Shown: in pieces, positions 1 through 8,650 of the stretch
Layout of the letters: each line of letters opens with the position of its first letter
Position numbering within the stretch: position 1 is the stretch's first letter
Assembly (NCBI GenBank): GCA_963771465.1
Contig: CAVYTU010000005.1
Span: 1-64,000 of the forward strand
DNA length: 64,000 bases
Direction: 5' to 3'
Origin: an uncultured delta proteobacterium
Lineage (GTDB): Bacteria; Desulfobacterota; Binatia; UBA9968
Position numbers and translations under genes: made by a program
The notes under the pieces: model-generated
Told to the model about the DNA's origin: nothing
The model's input: only the letters and a program-made list of their open reading frames with translations
The model's database searches: none

Positions 1-1
1 A

Positions 2-223
2 TTTGCTGATCTAATAAGAGCAGGCGCATATCGAAGAATTTCGAGTGAGATTTATTTTAACTACATAGGCAGAGCTGGACGGAAATTTTCCCGCGTGCTG
101 AAAGCGATCGCTTGTGCCGATATTGCGGCGATCACCGACCTTAAAGCGATTGAATCGCTCTATCAGCGGAACGGACATTTAGTTGAATGCGATAATGATG
201 GGAGCGAATTCCGAGTTTATTAA
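2..223 (+). CDS. C-terminal part of a Mu gpI-like phage prohead protease (5' truncated by window)
   Basis: Frame 2 (not in ORF track) reads FADLIRAGAYRRISSEIYFNYIGRAGRKFSRVLKAIACADIAAITDLKAIESLY, resembling the Y-x-x-I-S-x-E-I...VLKAVALLGAxxPAV-x-x-L motif of Mu gpI-like proteases; the LLG segment appears missing. Confidence 0.5.
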   Translation, partial: FADLIRAGAYRRISSEIYFNYIGRAGRKFSRVLKAIACADIAAITDLKAIESLYQRNGHLVECDNDGSEFRVY

Positions 224-251
224 GACCGCACGCCCAACGGGGTTTCCCTTT

Positions 252-681
252 ATGCCCAATTCCAATATTCAAGAGCGTGTGACGATGGTTTGCGGCGAAT
301 CCATCGTGATCTACAGCGGCGACAACCGTCGCTGGTTTTCGGATCGAAGCGAAGCTGAGCGCGCGCACCGGGCGCACGTTGAGTTCGTCGAGTCGATGAA
401 AAGGTCCTTGGCACGGTCGGCAACTTTCGCTATCCGTGCGGCGACACCACGCGGCCGAACAAGTTACAACGGGCGGCGGCGGAGATCCGCAAACGGCTAT
501 GCGAGTTGGTTTCGGGCGGTTTAACTTACGAGGGGGCAGCGGCGAAGCTTTGGCTGGAAGAGTACGCCAAGGCGTCGCGCGAAGATCGCGCCAGGCTATT
601 TGCGAAGCGCGCCTACGGCCATTATCGGCAAGCAATCCGGCGCGGCGAGTTTGTCGAGGAGGACTCAAAATGGCAAGAGTA
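252..681 (+). pseudogene. Phage hypothetical protein, probably one gene split by a frameshift near 420
   Basis: Frame 3 MPNSNIQERV...SMKRSLARS is followed by protein-like frame 2 NFRYPCGDTTRPNKLQRAAAEIRKRLCELVSGGLTYEGAAAKLWLEEYAK...WQE*. Confidence 0.3.
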
Positions 682-689
682 GGTTCTGT

Positions 690-1229
690 CTAATGTCCCG
701 CCAGGCTTGTGAAAGGGAGTACCAGCCCTTCGTTGATGAGTAGTTCGAGATTTCTTGCTACTTTATCAGAAGCAACGATATGTTTATTAAGATTATTGAT
801 AGCTTGGTATTGCTCTTTTGCCTTCGTATGAAGGTAGACTCCGTCGCTAAGAGCGCGTTTGGCCGCTGCGGTAGCTCTATTCGCATTCTCTCGTGCCTTC
901 TTTGCTTCAACCGACGCACGTGCCGATGTGTACCCGGTCGCTGCTTTGTCCCACTGTTGGCTGGCCAATTGGTAATTTTGCGCGGCCAAAAATGTCTCGT
1001 CCCCGGCCAGGTCCAGTAAATCGCCGGCCTCGAGAGCATTTGACGCAGTTCCATTGACAATGTTCCCGGACAGAATCTCATGGTCCCTTGCGATCTGTTG
1101 GCGCATTTTGGCGATGTTCTCCCATTGTTCTGCGGTTTGCATGGAACTCAAACCCGGAGCTGCGAGACAATCTTTTGTAAAGATGCAGGAAAAAAACACC
1201 ACAGTAACGATGCCTACTAGTTTTAACAT
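690..1229 (-). CDS. Secreted alpha-helical hypothetical protein (cargo gene)
   Basis: ATG at 1229 gives signal peptide MLKLVGIVTVVFFSCIFTKDCLA; Ala/Gln-rich helical body; downstream of a sigma54 promoter. Confidence 0.6.
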   Translation of the reverse strand: MLKLVGIVTVVFFSCIFTKDCLAAPGLSSMQTAEQWENIAKMRQQIARDHEILSGNIVNGTASNALEAGDLLDLAGDETFLAAQNYQLASQQWDKAATGYTSARASVEAKKARENANRATAAAKRALSDGVYLHTKAKEQYQAINNLNKHIVASDKVARNLELLINEGLVLPFTSLAGH

Positions 1230-1239
1230 AGGCGCGCCA

Positions 1240-1419
1240 CTATCGTGGTTGGGCAAAGTTTGCAGCGTTAGCCGGGTGACGGAGATTTGATACGAAAACG
1301 GAATAAGAAAAATAATGCGAAAAGATGAAAAGAAGCGCACCTGCTGCAACCACCAGTTCAACTAAAGCAACCGCTTTCCAAGCGCGCTTTACCCATTTTA
1401 TACCTTTTTCTATTTCCAT
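1240..1419 (-). CDS. Small membrane protein (59 aa)
   Basis: RBS GAGGAG upstream of ATG 1419; one hydrophobic helix AVALVELVVAAGALLFIFSHYF. Confidence 0.55.
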   Translation of the reverse strand: MEIEKGIKWVKRAWKAVALVELVVAAGALLFIFSHYFSYSVFVSNLRHPANAANFAQPR

Positions 1420-1460
1420 GATTTTTTCTCCTCGCTGGGAATTTTCCCGCTGGGACAAAG

Positions 1461-1476
1461 TGCAATCGCGATGCCA
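1461..1476 (-). promoter_or_regulatory. sigma54 -24/-12 promoter
   Basis: Minus strand TGGCAT-CGCGA-TTGCA fits TGGCAC-N5-TTGC, about 40 bp upstream of ATG 1419. Confidence 0.7.
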
Positions 1477-1640
1477 TAAACTTTCAAGCGTAATCGCAGA
1501 AACGCTGCCATTTGGAGTAAATCTGCCTGCGGCAGAACTTGAAGACAATAACAAAAATGGACGCCAGAGTTTCGCCTCGACCCAGCTAGTTAGTAGGAAC
1601 CGGGCTTTTAAAGCCCGCGAAGTCATTCTTTGAGTAATCC

Positions 1641-2063
1641 ATGACCAAAGCACGACTAGATAAGCGGCGAGCGCAATTGATTAACGAGGAGCTCGATCTG
1701 CTTGATGAACAACAACGCGATTTAGAGTCGCAAATAAAAGTGTCAGATCCACCATCCGCAAAACTTCTTGAATACACGATGGTTGTAGTGCGACAGGCTT
1801 ACGGCTTGGCGCACGATCTTTTGACAATCACTAAAGATCCAAAATTTAACCGGCGCTGGGATGGAAGATTTTTGGGGAGCCACCGTCGTATTTGGAAAAA
1901 TCCACTCTCGGCAAAATCACCAATCGAAACACCGTGGCGAGGAGATCTTGACAGCGACAAAATAATAAGGCTCTCCCAAATCAAGGGAATTTCCATAGTC
2001 AAAACAATCAATGAGCATTTTCACGATATTCCGAAGAGTGGCAGCACCATGTGGCGGAAGTAA
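1641..2063 (+). CDS. Phage hypothetical protein
   Basis: 140-aa ATG ORF with coiled-coil-like N-terminus; no family recognised. Confidence 0.5.
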   Translation: MTKARLDKRRAQLINEELDLLDEQQRDLESQIKVSDPPSAKLLEYTMVVVRQAYGLAHDLLTITKDPKFNRRWDGRFLGSHRRIWKNPLSAKSPIETPWRGDLDSDKIIRLSQIKGISIVKTINEHFHDIPKSGSTMWRK

Positions 2064-2068
2064 CCAAC

Positions 2069-2209
2069 GTGAAAAAGCGAGACAGCGAAGATCGCGCGTG
2101 GCTAAATAGCGAGATGCAATACAAGATCGAGATGGTCGCCTTCCGCGATAAATTGGACCTGGAAAAGTCGGCGGACAAAGCTACAGCGACGGAGAGAGCA
2201 CTGCAATGA
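2069..2209 (+). CDS. Small phage protein resembling a scaffold C-terminal helix (possibly frameshifted)
   Basis: GTG 2069: MKKRDSEDRAWLNSEMQYKIEMVAFRDKLDLEKSADKATATERALQ*; removing one base continues ENAELFKRQWQANSVRVG. Confidence 0.35.
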   Translation: MKKRDSEDRAWLNSEMQYKIEMVAFRDKLDLEKSADKATATERALQ

Positions 2210-2257
2210 AAACGCAGAGCTTTTCAAGCGCCAGTGGCAGGCGAATAGCGTACGGGT

Positions 2258-2500
2258 GGGCTTAACTTCTCTCGAGCCCGAGTAAAAACTTTCGGGGGTT
2301 ACCTGACTCGGGACGGCAATCCCCGAGCCGGGCGTAAAAACCGGTCTCTATTTTTGTTCCCGGTTTTCCCCTCGTTGGGGACGCGCGTGGTACGTGGCCG
2401 CGCGCGTAGGGCAACCAAGGGCAAAGGTTGGCGTTCGCTGTCCGGAGCGGCCGTCGTAAAAGTTGGGCAGCTTTCCTTCGCCTACCCCATTGAAGGCTGG
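2258..2500 (+). ncRNA. Candidate structured RNA/ssDNA element (run of hairpins)
   Basis: Consecutive inverted repeats: CTCGGG/CCCGAG (2307-2327), AAAACCGG/CCGGTTTT (2337-2367), TCCCC/GGGGA (2367-2381), 11-bp stem with two G-U pairs (2381-2407), CAACC/GGTTG (2412-2430), CCTTC/GAAGG (2475-2496); strand uncertain. Confidence 0.35.
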
Positions 2501-2544
2501 ATTTGGTCGGCGTCGGAGCATTGAGTTCGAGCGGAGGATAAATT

Positions 2545-2841
2545 ATGCAGTGCATTCGACAATGCGGAAGAAGAGCCGCGAATGGCAAACGGCTCTGCCA
2601 ATCGTGCCAAGAAAGACAATTACTCCGGGAAGAGGATAACGGGCGATGGCGATATGGTCGGAAGACAGCACGAGAGGGCCGCAAATATTGGGGAAGTTGG
2701 TGGCCGGATAAGCTCGCGGAGAAATACGCTGGCGGCTCTCGGGGTGTATCGATCGTCATCAATAATCCAAACTTCGCAGATCGGCGATCGGTAGGTCAAC
2801 TCATGGCGCGTTTGTCGGAAGCAGCGGATAGCGGTAAGTGA
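2545..2841 (+). CDS. Phage hypothetical protein with N-terminal Cys4 motif
   Basis: RBS GGAGGA; CIRQC...CQSC putative zinc ribbon. Confidence 0.55.
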   Translation: MQCIRQCGRRAANGKRLCQSCQERQLLREEDNGRWRYGRKTAREGRKYWGSWWPDKLAEKYAGGSRGVSIVINNPNFADRRSVGQLMARLSEAADSGK

Positions 2842-2914
2842 AATCGACGACATGGAGTAAAAAAGCGCCGTCGGCAGCGTGCATTGACGGCGAAGCTGGA
2901 GGGAGAAAACTACC

Positions 2915-5194
2915 GTGAAGAAATTGAAAATTGATACTGTTCAGGTCGTCGCTTTGTTGTTTTTCCTCTGCGGCATCGGTCTCGGTGACTCTCATGCGCA
3001 GACGCTGATCAACGGCACGATCATGGGCTCGCTCAACTACTGCGCGAACGCGGGCTCGACGGACGCTTACGCCTGCAATCTTTCCCCAGCGATCACTGCC
3101 TATCAAACCGGCGCGGCGTATAAATTCGAAGCCAACACGACGAACACCGGCGCGGCAACTATCAACCTCAACTCGGTCGGCGCGGTGACCATTATAAAAG
3201 TTGTCGGCGGCATCAACACCGATCTCGCGAATAACGATATCCGCGTCCGTCAAATTGTCGATCTCGTCTATGACGGGACCAATATGCAGATGCAGTCGAC
3301 GCTCGGCAATGCGGTTAGCAGCTCGACCGGCGGTCAGTGTGACACTTTCGTTGCTCCTGGCACCAACGTACTCCAAGCGGCGATCAACGCACTCCCGGCA
3401 ACAGGCGGCGTGATCTGTATCGACGGATCAACCGGCAGCTATATCCAGACCGGCAGCGAGATCAGCATTGGCGACGGCAGCACCAGCCAAATTTCGAGCC
3501 GCCACGGGGTTATTATTCGTGGCGTCACTTTCCCATCCAGCGATGCTATCCGAAGCTATGCCACCGCCTCTCGGACGGTTATCGACTGCACAGGCACTAC
3601 CAACGGAAGCTGTTTCAAGATCAACGGGCCGCTCGAGGGCTGGGGTTTAGAAAATCTTGAAATCCGCGGGAGCACAAGCGGTTCGGAATCGTTTGGCATC
3701 AATGTCGTCAGCGGTCAGTTCGGCGCGAGTAAAAATTTATTCATCAGCGGTTTCAAGCGCGGCATCAACTCGACCACCCACGCGAGCTTTTCACCGGGGA
3801 ACAATTACGACGCCTTCCAAAACAATTGGGAGAAACTGCAAATCGTCGTCCCTTCAGGCGGAACGCATTACGGCATGGTCCTCGGCACCGCTTCGACGGG
3901 AGCCAATACCGATTTCAATAATTTCAAGGATACGATTATTTGGCCCGCAGCGAGCGGCACCGCTTGCATGCAGATGAACTGGACCGACGGAATCATTTTC
4001 CAAAACTTTATCTGCGTTGCCAACGGCGACATTTTCTTAGACTACACCGCCGGCAGTGGCCGCGTGCCGAATAATAATTACTGGTATGGCCTGGAGATGG
4101 GCGGCGCTGCGGTTACGAATGTCGGTTCGCCGGGTGTAGGCGACAAGCTCAATTACATTTTCGGATTCTCAGAAACCAACGCCAGCGTGTGTCCCAATAT
4201 TGCTGGGACTTTAGTTTACGGATGCTCGACTGGCTATGTGCAGGACCAGGTTGTTAAGGGTCTAACTGCTTCGCGTCCGGTCATTTCTGATAGCAATAAA
4301 AAACTTTCCAGCGGGACCTATTCGGGAAACACCACCGAGGTCGCTACCGTTATGGGATCAAAGACGACCGGCCAGCAACTCGCCTTCGACGGCTCCGGCA
4401 ATGTGATTGCCAGCGGCACGGCTATCGGCGCCGGTTCGGTAACTTTCCATGAGCCAGGACTGCGCCTCACTACTGAAGCAAACGTCCCAATCAGCACCAG
4501 CGATCGCACCGCACAGGGAACGCTTCGCTGGACTCCTTTCACGTCGGGAGCTGTGGTTTGCTATAACGGCAGCGCCCTAGAAGCCCAAGTCATCACGTCG
4601 GACAAAACCCTCTCGCTCACGGTTTCCAGCGGCAGCAACTACGATGTTTTTTATGACTGCGACGGTGGCGTCCTCGCTCTATCTTCGGCGTGGGCCAGTG
4701 ATTCTACTAGGACCGATGCGATTAGCCGGCATTCAAGTTGCGGGTGTTTCACGCTTACCTCGGATGCGACTAAGTTGTGGATTGGAATTACGCGAGGAAG
4801 CGGAAGCAATACCACCGAGGACAGCAAGGCCAAGCGGTTCGTGGCCAATGTTTACCACGTGCGCAGGCGGGCATTGGCTATAGCGGCTGGCTCGAGCAAC
4901 CATACGTATAACTCGGCGACTTGGCGCTCCTACAACGACGACACAACGATCCGAGTCGGTTTCCTCGTCGCCCATACCACCCTGGTCGATATATCGCCCG
5001 CCTCTTTGATGGGAGTCGCTCGGATCGCTGCCGGGGTGAATTCCACCACGACTCCCCAGGTCCAAACCTACTCCCCACCGTGGGGATCGGCGGACGTTGC
5101 CCCTGGGTATAATTTTATCCAGCTCATTCAATCGGTCGATGCCGGTAGCGCAACTTACGACTTCGGTTCTCTGGCTGGCGCAATGGAACAATGA
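2915..5194 (+). CDS. Secreted tail-fibre/tail-spike-like protein with pectin-lyase-like beta-helix
   Basis: Sec signal ending DSHA-Q; N-domain NTGAATINLN...DIR...VYDGTN like phage tail-fibre modules; LQAAINALPATGGVI starts a beta-helix; Gly/Ser/Thr-rich; RBS GGAGGGAG. Confidence 0.75.
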   Translation: MKKLKIDTVQVVALLFFLCGIGLGDSHAQTLINGTIMGSLNYCANAGSTDAYACNLSPAITAYQTGAAYKFEANTTNTGAATINLNSVGAVTIIKVVGGINTDLANNDIRVRQIVDLVYDGTNMQMQSTLGNAVSSSTGGQCDTFVAPGTNVLQAAINALPATGGVICIDGSTGSYIQTGSEISIGDGSTSQISSRHGVIIRGVTFPSSDAIRSYATASRTVIDCTGTTNGSCFKINGPLEGWGLENLEIRGSTSGSESFGINVVSGQFGASKNLFISGFKRGINSTTHASFSPGNNYDAFQNNWEKLQIVVPSGGTHYGMVLGTASTGANTDFNNFKDTIIWPAASGTACMQMNWTDGIIFQNFICVANGDIFLDYTAGSGRVPNNNYWYGLEMGGAAVTNVGSPGVGDKLNYIFGFSETNASVCPNIAGTLVYGCSTGYVQDQVVKGLTASRPVISDSNKKLSSGTYSGNTTEVATVMGSKTTGQQLAFDGSGNVIASGTAIGAGSVTFHEPGLRLTTEANVPISTSDRTAQGTLRWTPFTSGAVVCYNGSALEAQVITSDKTLSLTVSSGSNYDVFYDCDGGVLALSSAWASDSTRTDAISRHSSCGCFTLTSDATKLWIGITRGSGSNTTEDSKAKRFVANVYHVRRRALAIAAGSSNHTYNSATWRSYNDDTTIRVGFLVAHTTLVDISPASLMGVARIAAGVNSTTTPQVQTYSPPWGSADVAPGYNFIQLIQSVDAGSATYDFGSLAGAMEQ

Positions 5195-5289
5195 TCCGTC
5201 CCAACACCATCACTCAAGACGAGATCGTAGCTTGGTTTTCAATTTCTTTACCTTGGTATGTGTAATATACAGCCTACAGAGTCACTCCT

Positions 5290-5529
5290 ATGAAACAGAC
5301 AAAGAAGCCGACCGCTTACACGCTCTCGGAAGCCGCGGCGAAACTCGGAATCTCCCGCCAAGCTGTGCATGAGGCAATCAGAAAAGGATTGCTCGATGCT
5401 CATAAGGGCAAGATCACCAAGACGTTTGTATACGTCTCGCGAGGATGGGTAATTAGCGACAAATCGTTGAAGAAATACCAGGTCTCCGACTCTCACGTTA
5501 CCCGCGGAAAAAAACCTGATTTAGCTTGA
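5290..5529 (+). CDS. Helix-turn-helix DNA-binding protein, excisionase-like
   Basis: YTLSEAAAKLGISRQAVHEAIRKGLL fits HTH_17/Xis pattern; upstream of integrase. Confidence 0.75.
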   Translation: MKQTKKPTAYTLSEAAAKLGISRQAVHEAIRKGLLDAHKGKITKTFVYVSRGWVISDKSLKKYQVSDSHVTRGKKPDLA

Positions 5530-5656
5530 CGAGATATATCAAGCTAGACTTAGCTTTCGCGCATGTCCTACGGCCGATCGCGCGCTCCTCCTCGTTCTCC
5601 CCAAAGTGTCGTGTTTCCCCTCCAACATTTAAAAACCAAGGAAAAGGAGAAAAACG

Positions 5657-6211
5657 ATGCAAGCAGCGAAAAAAAAGCAATCTGACGTCTATGACCAAGG
5701 CCAACATCAGCGAGGAGGCGTTCGCCGCCGCCGCGGCGGTGTGCAGGAAACTGAGAGAACAAGAGACCGAGCGTTGGGAAAAGGCTGAAAAGTCGTGGAC
5801 GATCACGAGCTGAGACGCGGCCCAGCGCGTCCGCGTTTTGCGCGAGGAGTTGGAGAATTGCCGTGACAGATCGAGGGCGTTCACTTCGACGTACCCTGCG
5901 ATGGTTTACCCTATTCATTTGATTGCCGGGACCGAAAGGACATCCTCGAGTTGGTCACGGGGCTAAACCCGGCGATCGATGGAGCCTTCAAAATGCTCGA
6001 CGAATTTGCGGAGCAACACGGCTGTGCGGATACCCTAGATTACAATTCCAAGCTCTTCCAACTTAAGTGGGCAACAGCGAAGACCGGTTTCAAAATTGGC
6101 GTGCTTGCCGGGGTGATCTTTGCCGGATGTTCGAAGGAAACGATTGACCGATTCGAGCGGGGTCTCACGTTCGCATTGCGCTCGGATAGAGACGTCGAGA
6201 GGGGCGACTAA
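5657..6211 (+). pseudogene. Frameshifted phage hypothetical protein
   Basis: RBS AGGAG and ATG 5657 then a poly-A run; protein-like pieces continue in different frames (5526..5813 tail, 5951..6211). Confidence 0.35.
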
Positions 6212-6268
6212 CAGCATTTTATCGTCCATAGTTCGAACCATTAAAAGTTTGAGAGGAAAATTACATCG

Positions 6269-7497
6269 ATGTTTGGTTTTGTTCGAAAGCACCGGAAGGC
6301 AACAAAAAATCAGAAATTTGAGAATATCGAAAAGCACCTGTATCGTCGCCAATATCAGACCGCGGCAGGGGAGTGGTCGACGCTCTATTACGGCATCTTC
6401 ACCGACTGGAAAAAGAGGCGGCGCACTTTCCCACTGGGATCCAAGCTCAAGGCGGCACGCGAAGAGCTCACGATACTTGAGGCTCGGAACACCCGGAAAG
6501 AAGATTTCGACGCGGTCAAAGTTCAGGGGATAACAATCCGGGCCTGGGGTGAGAGTTATTTTGCAACCAAGGTCGACCCGGGTAAGCACGCCGGCGGAGT
6601 AGAGCGGGAAAGGCGATCGTTTAAAACGCTCATCCCATTCTTCGGTGTGATGCTCCTCGCCGATATCAGGCGGACCAGGATTATGGAGTACCGTGCAAAG
6701 CGGCTTAACGAGCCGATTATGCGCCGTGGAAAGCCGGCAATGATCAACGGTGCTCCTAGGAAAGTCTCCTTCGCCACAGTCAACCGAGAACTTGCCTTTT
6801 TACGGTTCCTGTTAAACCTTGCCGAAGATGACGGACTGATCGAGCAGGCGCCGAAGTTCAAAGGCAAGGGCCAGAATGCGCTGATTAAATCGGAGAAAGG
6901 CCGCAAGCGCGATCGTTTGGCGTCCGATGACGAATATCAGTCACTCGTGGAGAACATGAGAAGGCCAGCGCAGCGCGTTCTAATAGCTCAATACGAGACC
7001 GCGATGCGCTAATCAAGCTTCCGTGGGAGTTCGTCGATTTAAAAGCCGACGACGGCAATATAGTACGCGGTTTCATTCGGTTGCCGGCTGCGTACGTTAA
7101 GGAAAAGAATCGGACTGTCCCGATATCGCCAGAGCTCCGCGTGATCTTGGACGAGCTTCGGGCCGAGCAAAAGAAAGTCACCAGCATATCGAATCGTGTT
7201 TTCACCCGCGGCGGCCGTCCGATTAAGAGCATCCGGACCGCATTCGAAGTCGCTCTCGATAAAACCAAGATCGAAGACCTACGGCTTCACGACTTCCGCC
7301 ATACGTGCATTACGCGCTGGGCGAGCGCCGCCGGGATTCCGCAACAGGCGATCATGGCCGCCGCCGGGCATCACTCGATCGCCCAGAACAATGATTACGT
7401 CAACATGAAAGACGAGCATCTGAAACACGCTTTAAAAATGTTTACACCACGTTTACACAGCCAATCAGTTGAAAATCAGAGCGCCGCAAGTTATTGA
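6269..7497 (+). pseudogene. int: Tyrosine recombinase/integrase, frameshifted at ~7010
   Basis: ATVNRELAFLR, YETAMR (catalytic Arg), then LIKLPWEFVDL in another frame, K of VKEK, HDFRHT, AGHHS and Y of NDY; the usual x-x-E after Arg is missing. Confidence 0.9.
7440..7458 (+). repeat. Direct repeat GTTTACAC x2, probable integrase arm-type sites
   Basis: GTTTACAC-CAC-GTTTACAC about 50 bp from the tRNA junction. Confidence 0.4.
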
Positions 7498-7507
7498 ATT
7501 CACTTAT

Positions 7508-7596
7508 GCCCGGATGGTGGAATAGGTAGACACAAGGGACTTAAAATCCCTCGATGCGAAAGCGTTGTGCCGGTTCGAGTCCGGCTCCGGGCACCA
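7508..7596 (+). tRNA. tRNA-Leu (anticodon TAA)
   Basis: GCCCGGA acceptor stem, GGGAC-TTAAAA-TCCC anticodon arm, long variable arm, GGTTCGAGTCC T-loop, encoded CCA. Confidence 0.97.
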
Positions 7597-7828
7597 GTTC
7601 GTTCCTTCTTGGATTTTTGCAGCACAACCTGCGTCAGGGCTTTTCCGCACAACGTATTACGGCACGGGGAAAACTGATTTCCCTTGGAGTGCGTGACCGG
7701 TGATCACGAGCAATTTCGATCGAATCGTTCAGTCGTCAACGCGGGCGGGCCTGTAATCTGGCCGCGATTTAAAATTTACTTTCGTTTCGTCTTGCAAGGC
7801 GTGCAGACTTTTTTTATAAACTCTCTCA

Positions 7829-8092
7829 ATGACCCACGCCGCGAACAGCAGAAGGGATGACTCGAAGATGATGCTTGGCTTCATCGTGCGCCGATGTGCG
7901 GCGGAGTTGGGGCATCCACCGACGCCGGACGAATTCGCCACTTGGGCTAACGGCAAGACGAGTAATCAACTTTGTTTGTTCGGCAAAGAAATCTCCTCTT
8001 CGATCGCTAAAGTCATGTTCAGCCAGCCCGGCCGAATGGTCAGCGTGAGTCCGGAAGGACTGGCGCGTATCTGGAAGAGCCACGGCGGTTAG
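7829..8092 (+). CDS. Hypothetical protein
   Basis: 87-aa ORF with LGFIVRRCAAELGHPPTPDEFATWAN motif. Confidence 0.6.
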   Translation: MTHAANSRRDDSKMMLGFIVRRCAAELGHPPTPDEFATWANGKTSNQLCLFGKEISSSIAKVMFSQPGRMVSVSPEGLARIWKSHGG

Positions 8093-8155
8093 GCGCGCCG
8101 ACACGGCAGGCCTTTCGCAACGTCCCAATTTAATTAGTGTATGAATCAAGCGCGC

Positions 8156-8563
8156 TCATGCGCCGATCAGCGACTGGGTATCGATATCGAGCAGTCGCGC
8201 GAGCCAAATTCCCGCAATAATTACGGTTGTGAGCCAAAGGATTATGATCATCAGCGCCGCGCGCCAGCTTTTCGGTAGAACATCTGGTGTCTTGGCGGCT
8301 GTGCGTCGGGCATCCCTAAGTACTTCCACGGGCATCAGCTTTAACGCTAAGTAAATTCCCAGCGGCAACAACAAGAGATCGTCCAAGTAACCCAAGACTG
8401 GGATGAAGTCGGGGATCAAATCGATGGGACTCAGCGCATACGCCACCACGCAGATGATTACCGCCTTGGCATACCAAGGCGTGCGCGAATCGCGCGCGGC
8501 AAGATAGAGCGCGTGTATTTCACGCTTGAGCGATTTCGTCCGCGCTTTCAGGTTCTCTAACAT
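8156..8563 (-). CDS. YkvA/DUF1232 membrane protein
   Basis: PWYAK...YALSPIDLIPDFIPVLGYLDD signature. Confidence 0.9.
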   Translation of the reverse strand: MLENLKARTKSLKREIHALYLAARDSRTPWYAKAVIICVVAYALSPIDLIPDFIPVLGYLDDLLLLPLGIYLALKLMPVEVLRDARRTAAKTPDVLPKSWRAALMIIILWLTTVIIAGIWLARLLDIDTQSLIGA

Positions 8564-8650
8564 GATCGGCCACCAGCCAGCTTTGCGTTGCTCCATTAGA
8601 CTTGTCTTGTTATGCTTTGCAACGTTGCGATTTCGGTTCGGAGGTTAACG

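Larger units (their letters stand above)
1..7507. mobile_element. Degraded prophage/phage-satellite-like integrated element (right end; left boundary outside window)
   Basis: Tyrosine integrase ends 10 bp before tRNA-Leu; also an excisionase-like HTH, a tail-fibre-like protein, a Mu-gpI-like protease fragment and short hypothetical ORFs. Confidence 0.75.

Noticed and set aside
7005-7015. Programmed frameshift or stop readthrough in the integrase
   Set aside because: No slippery sequence, and conserved residues are missing, which fits a deletion
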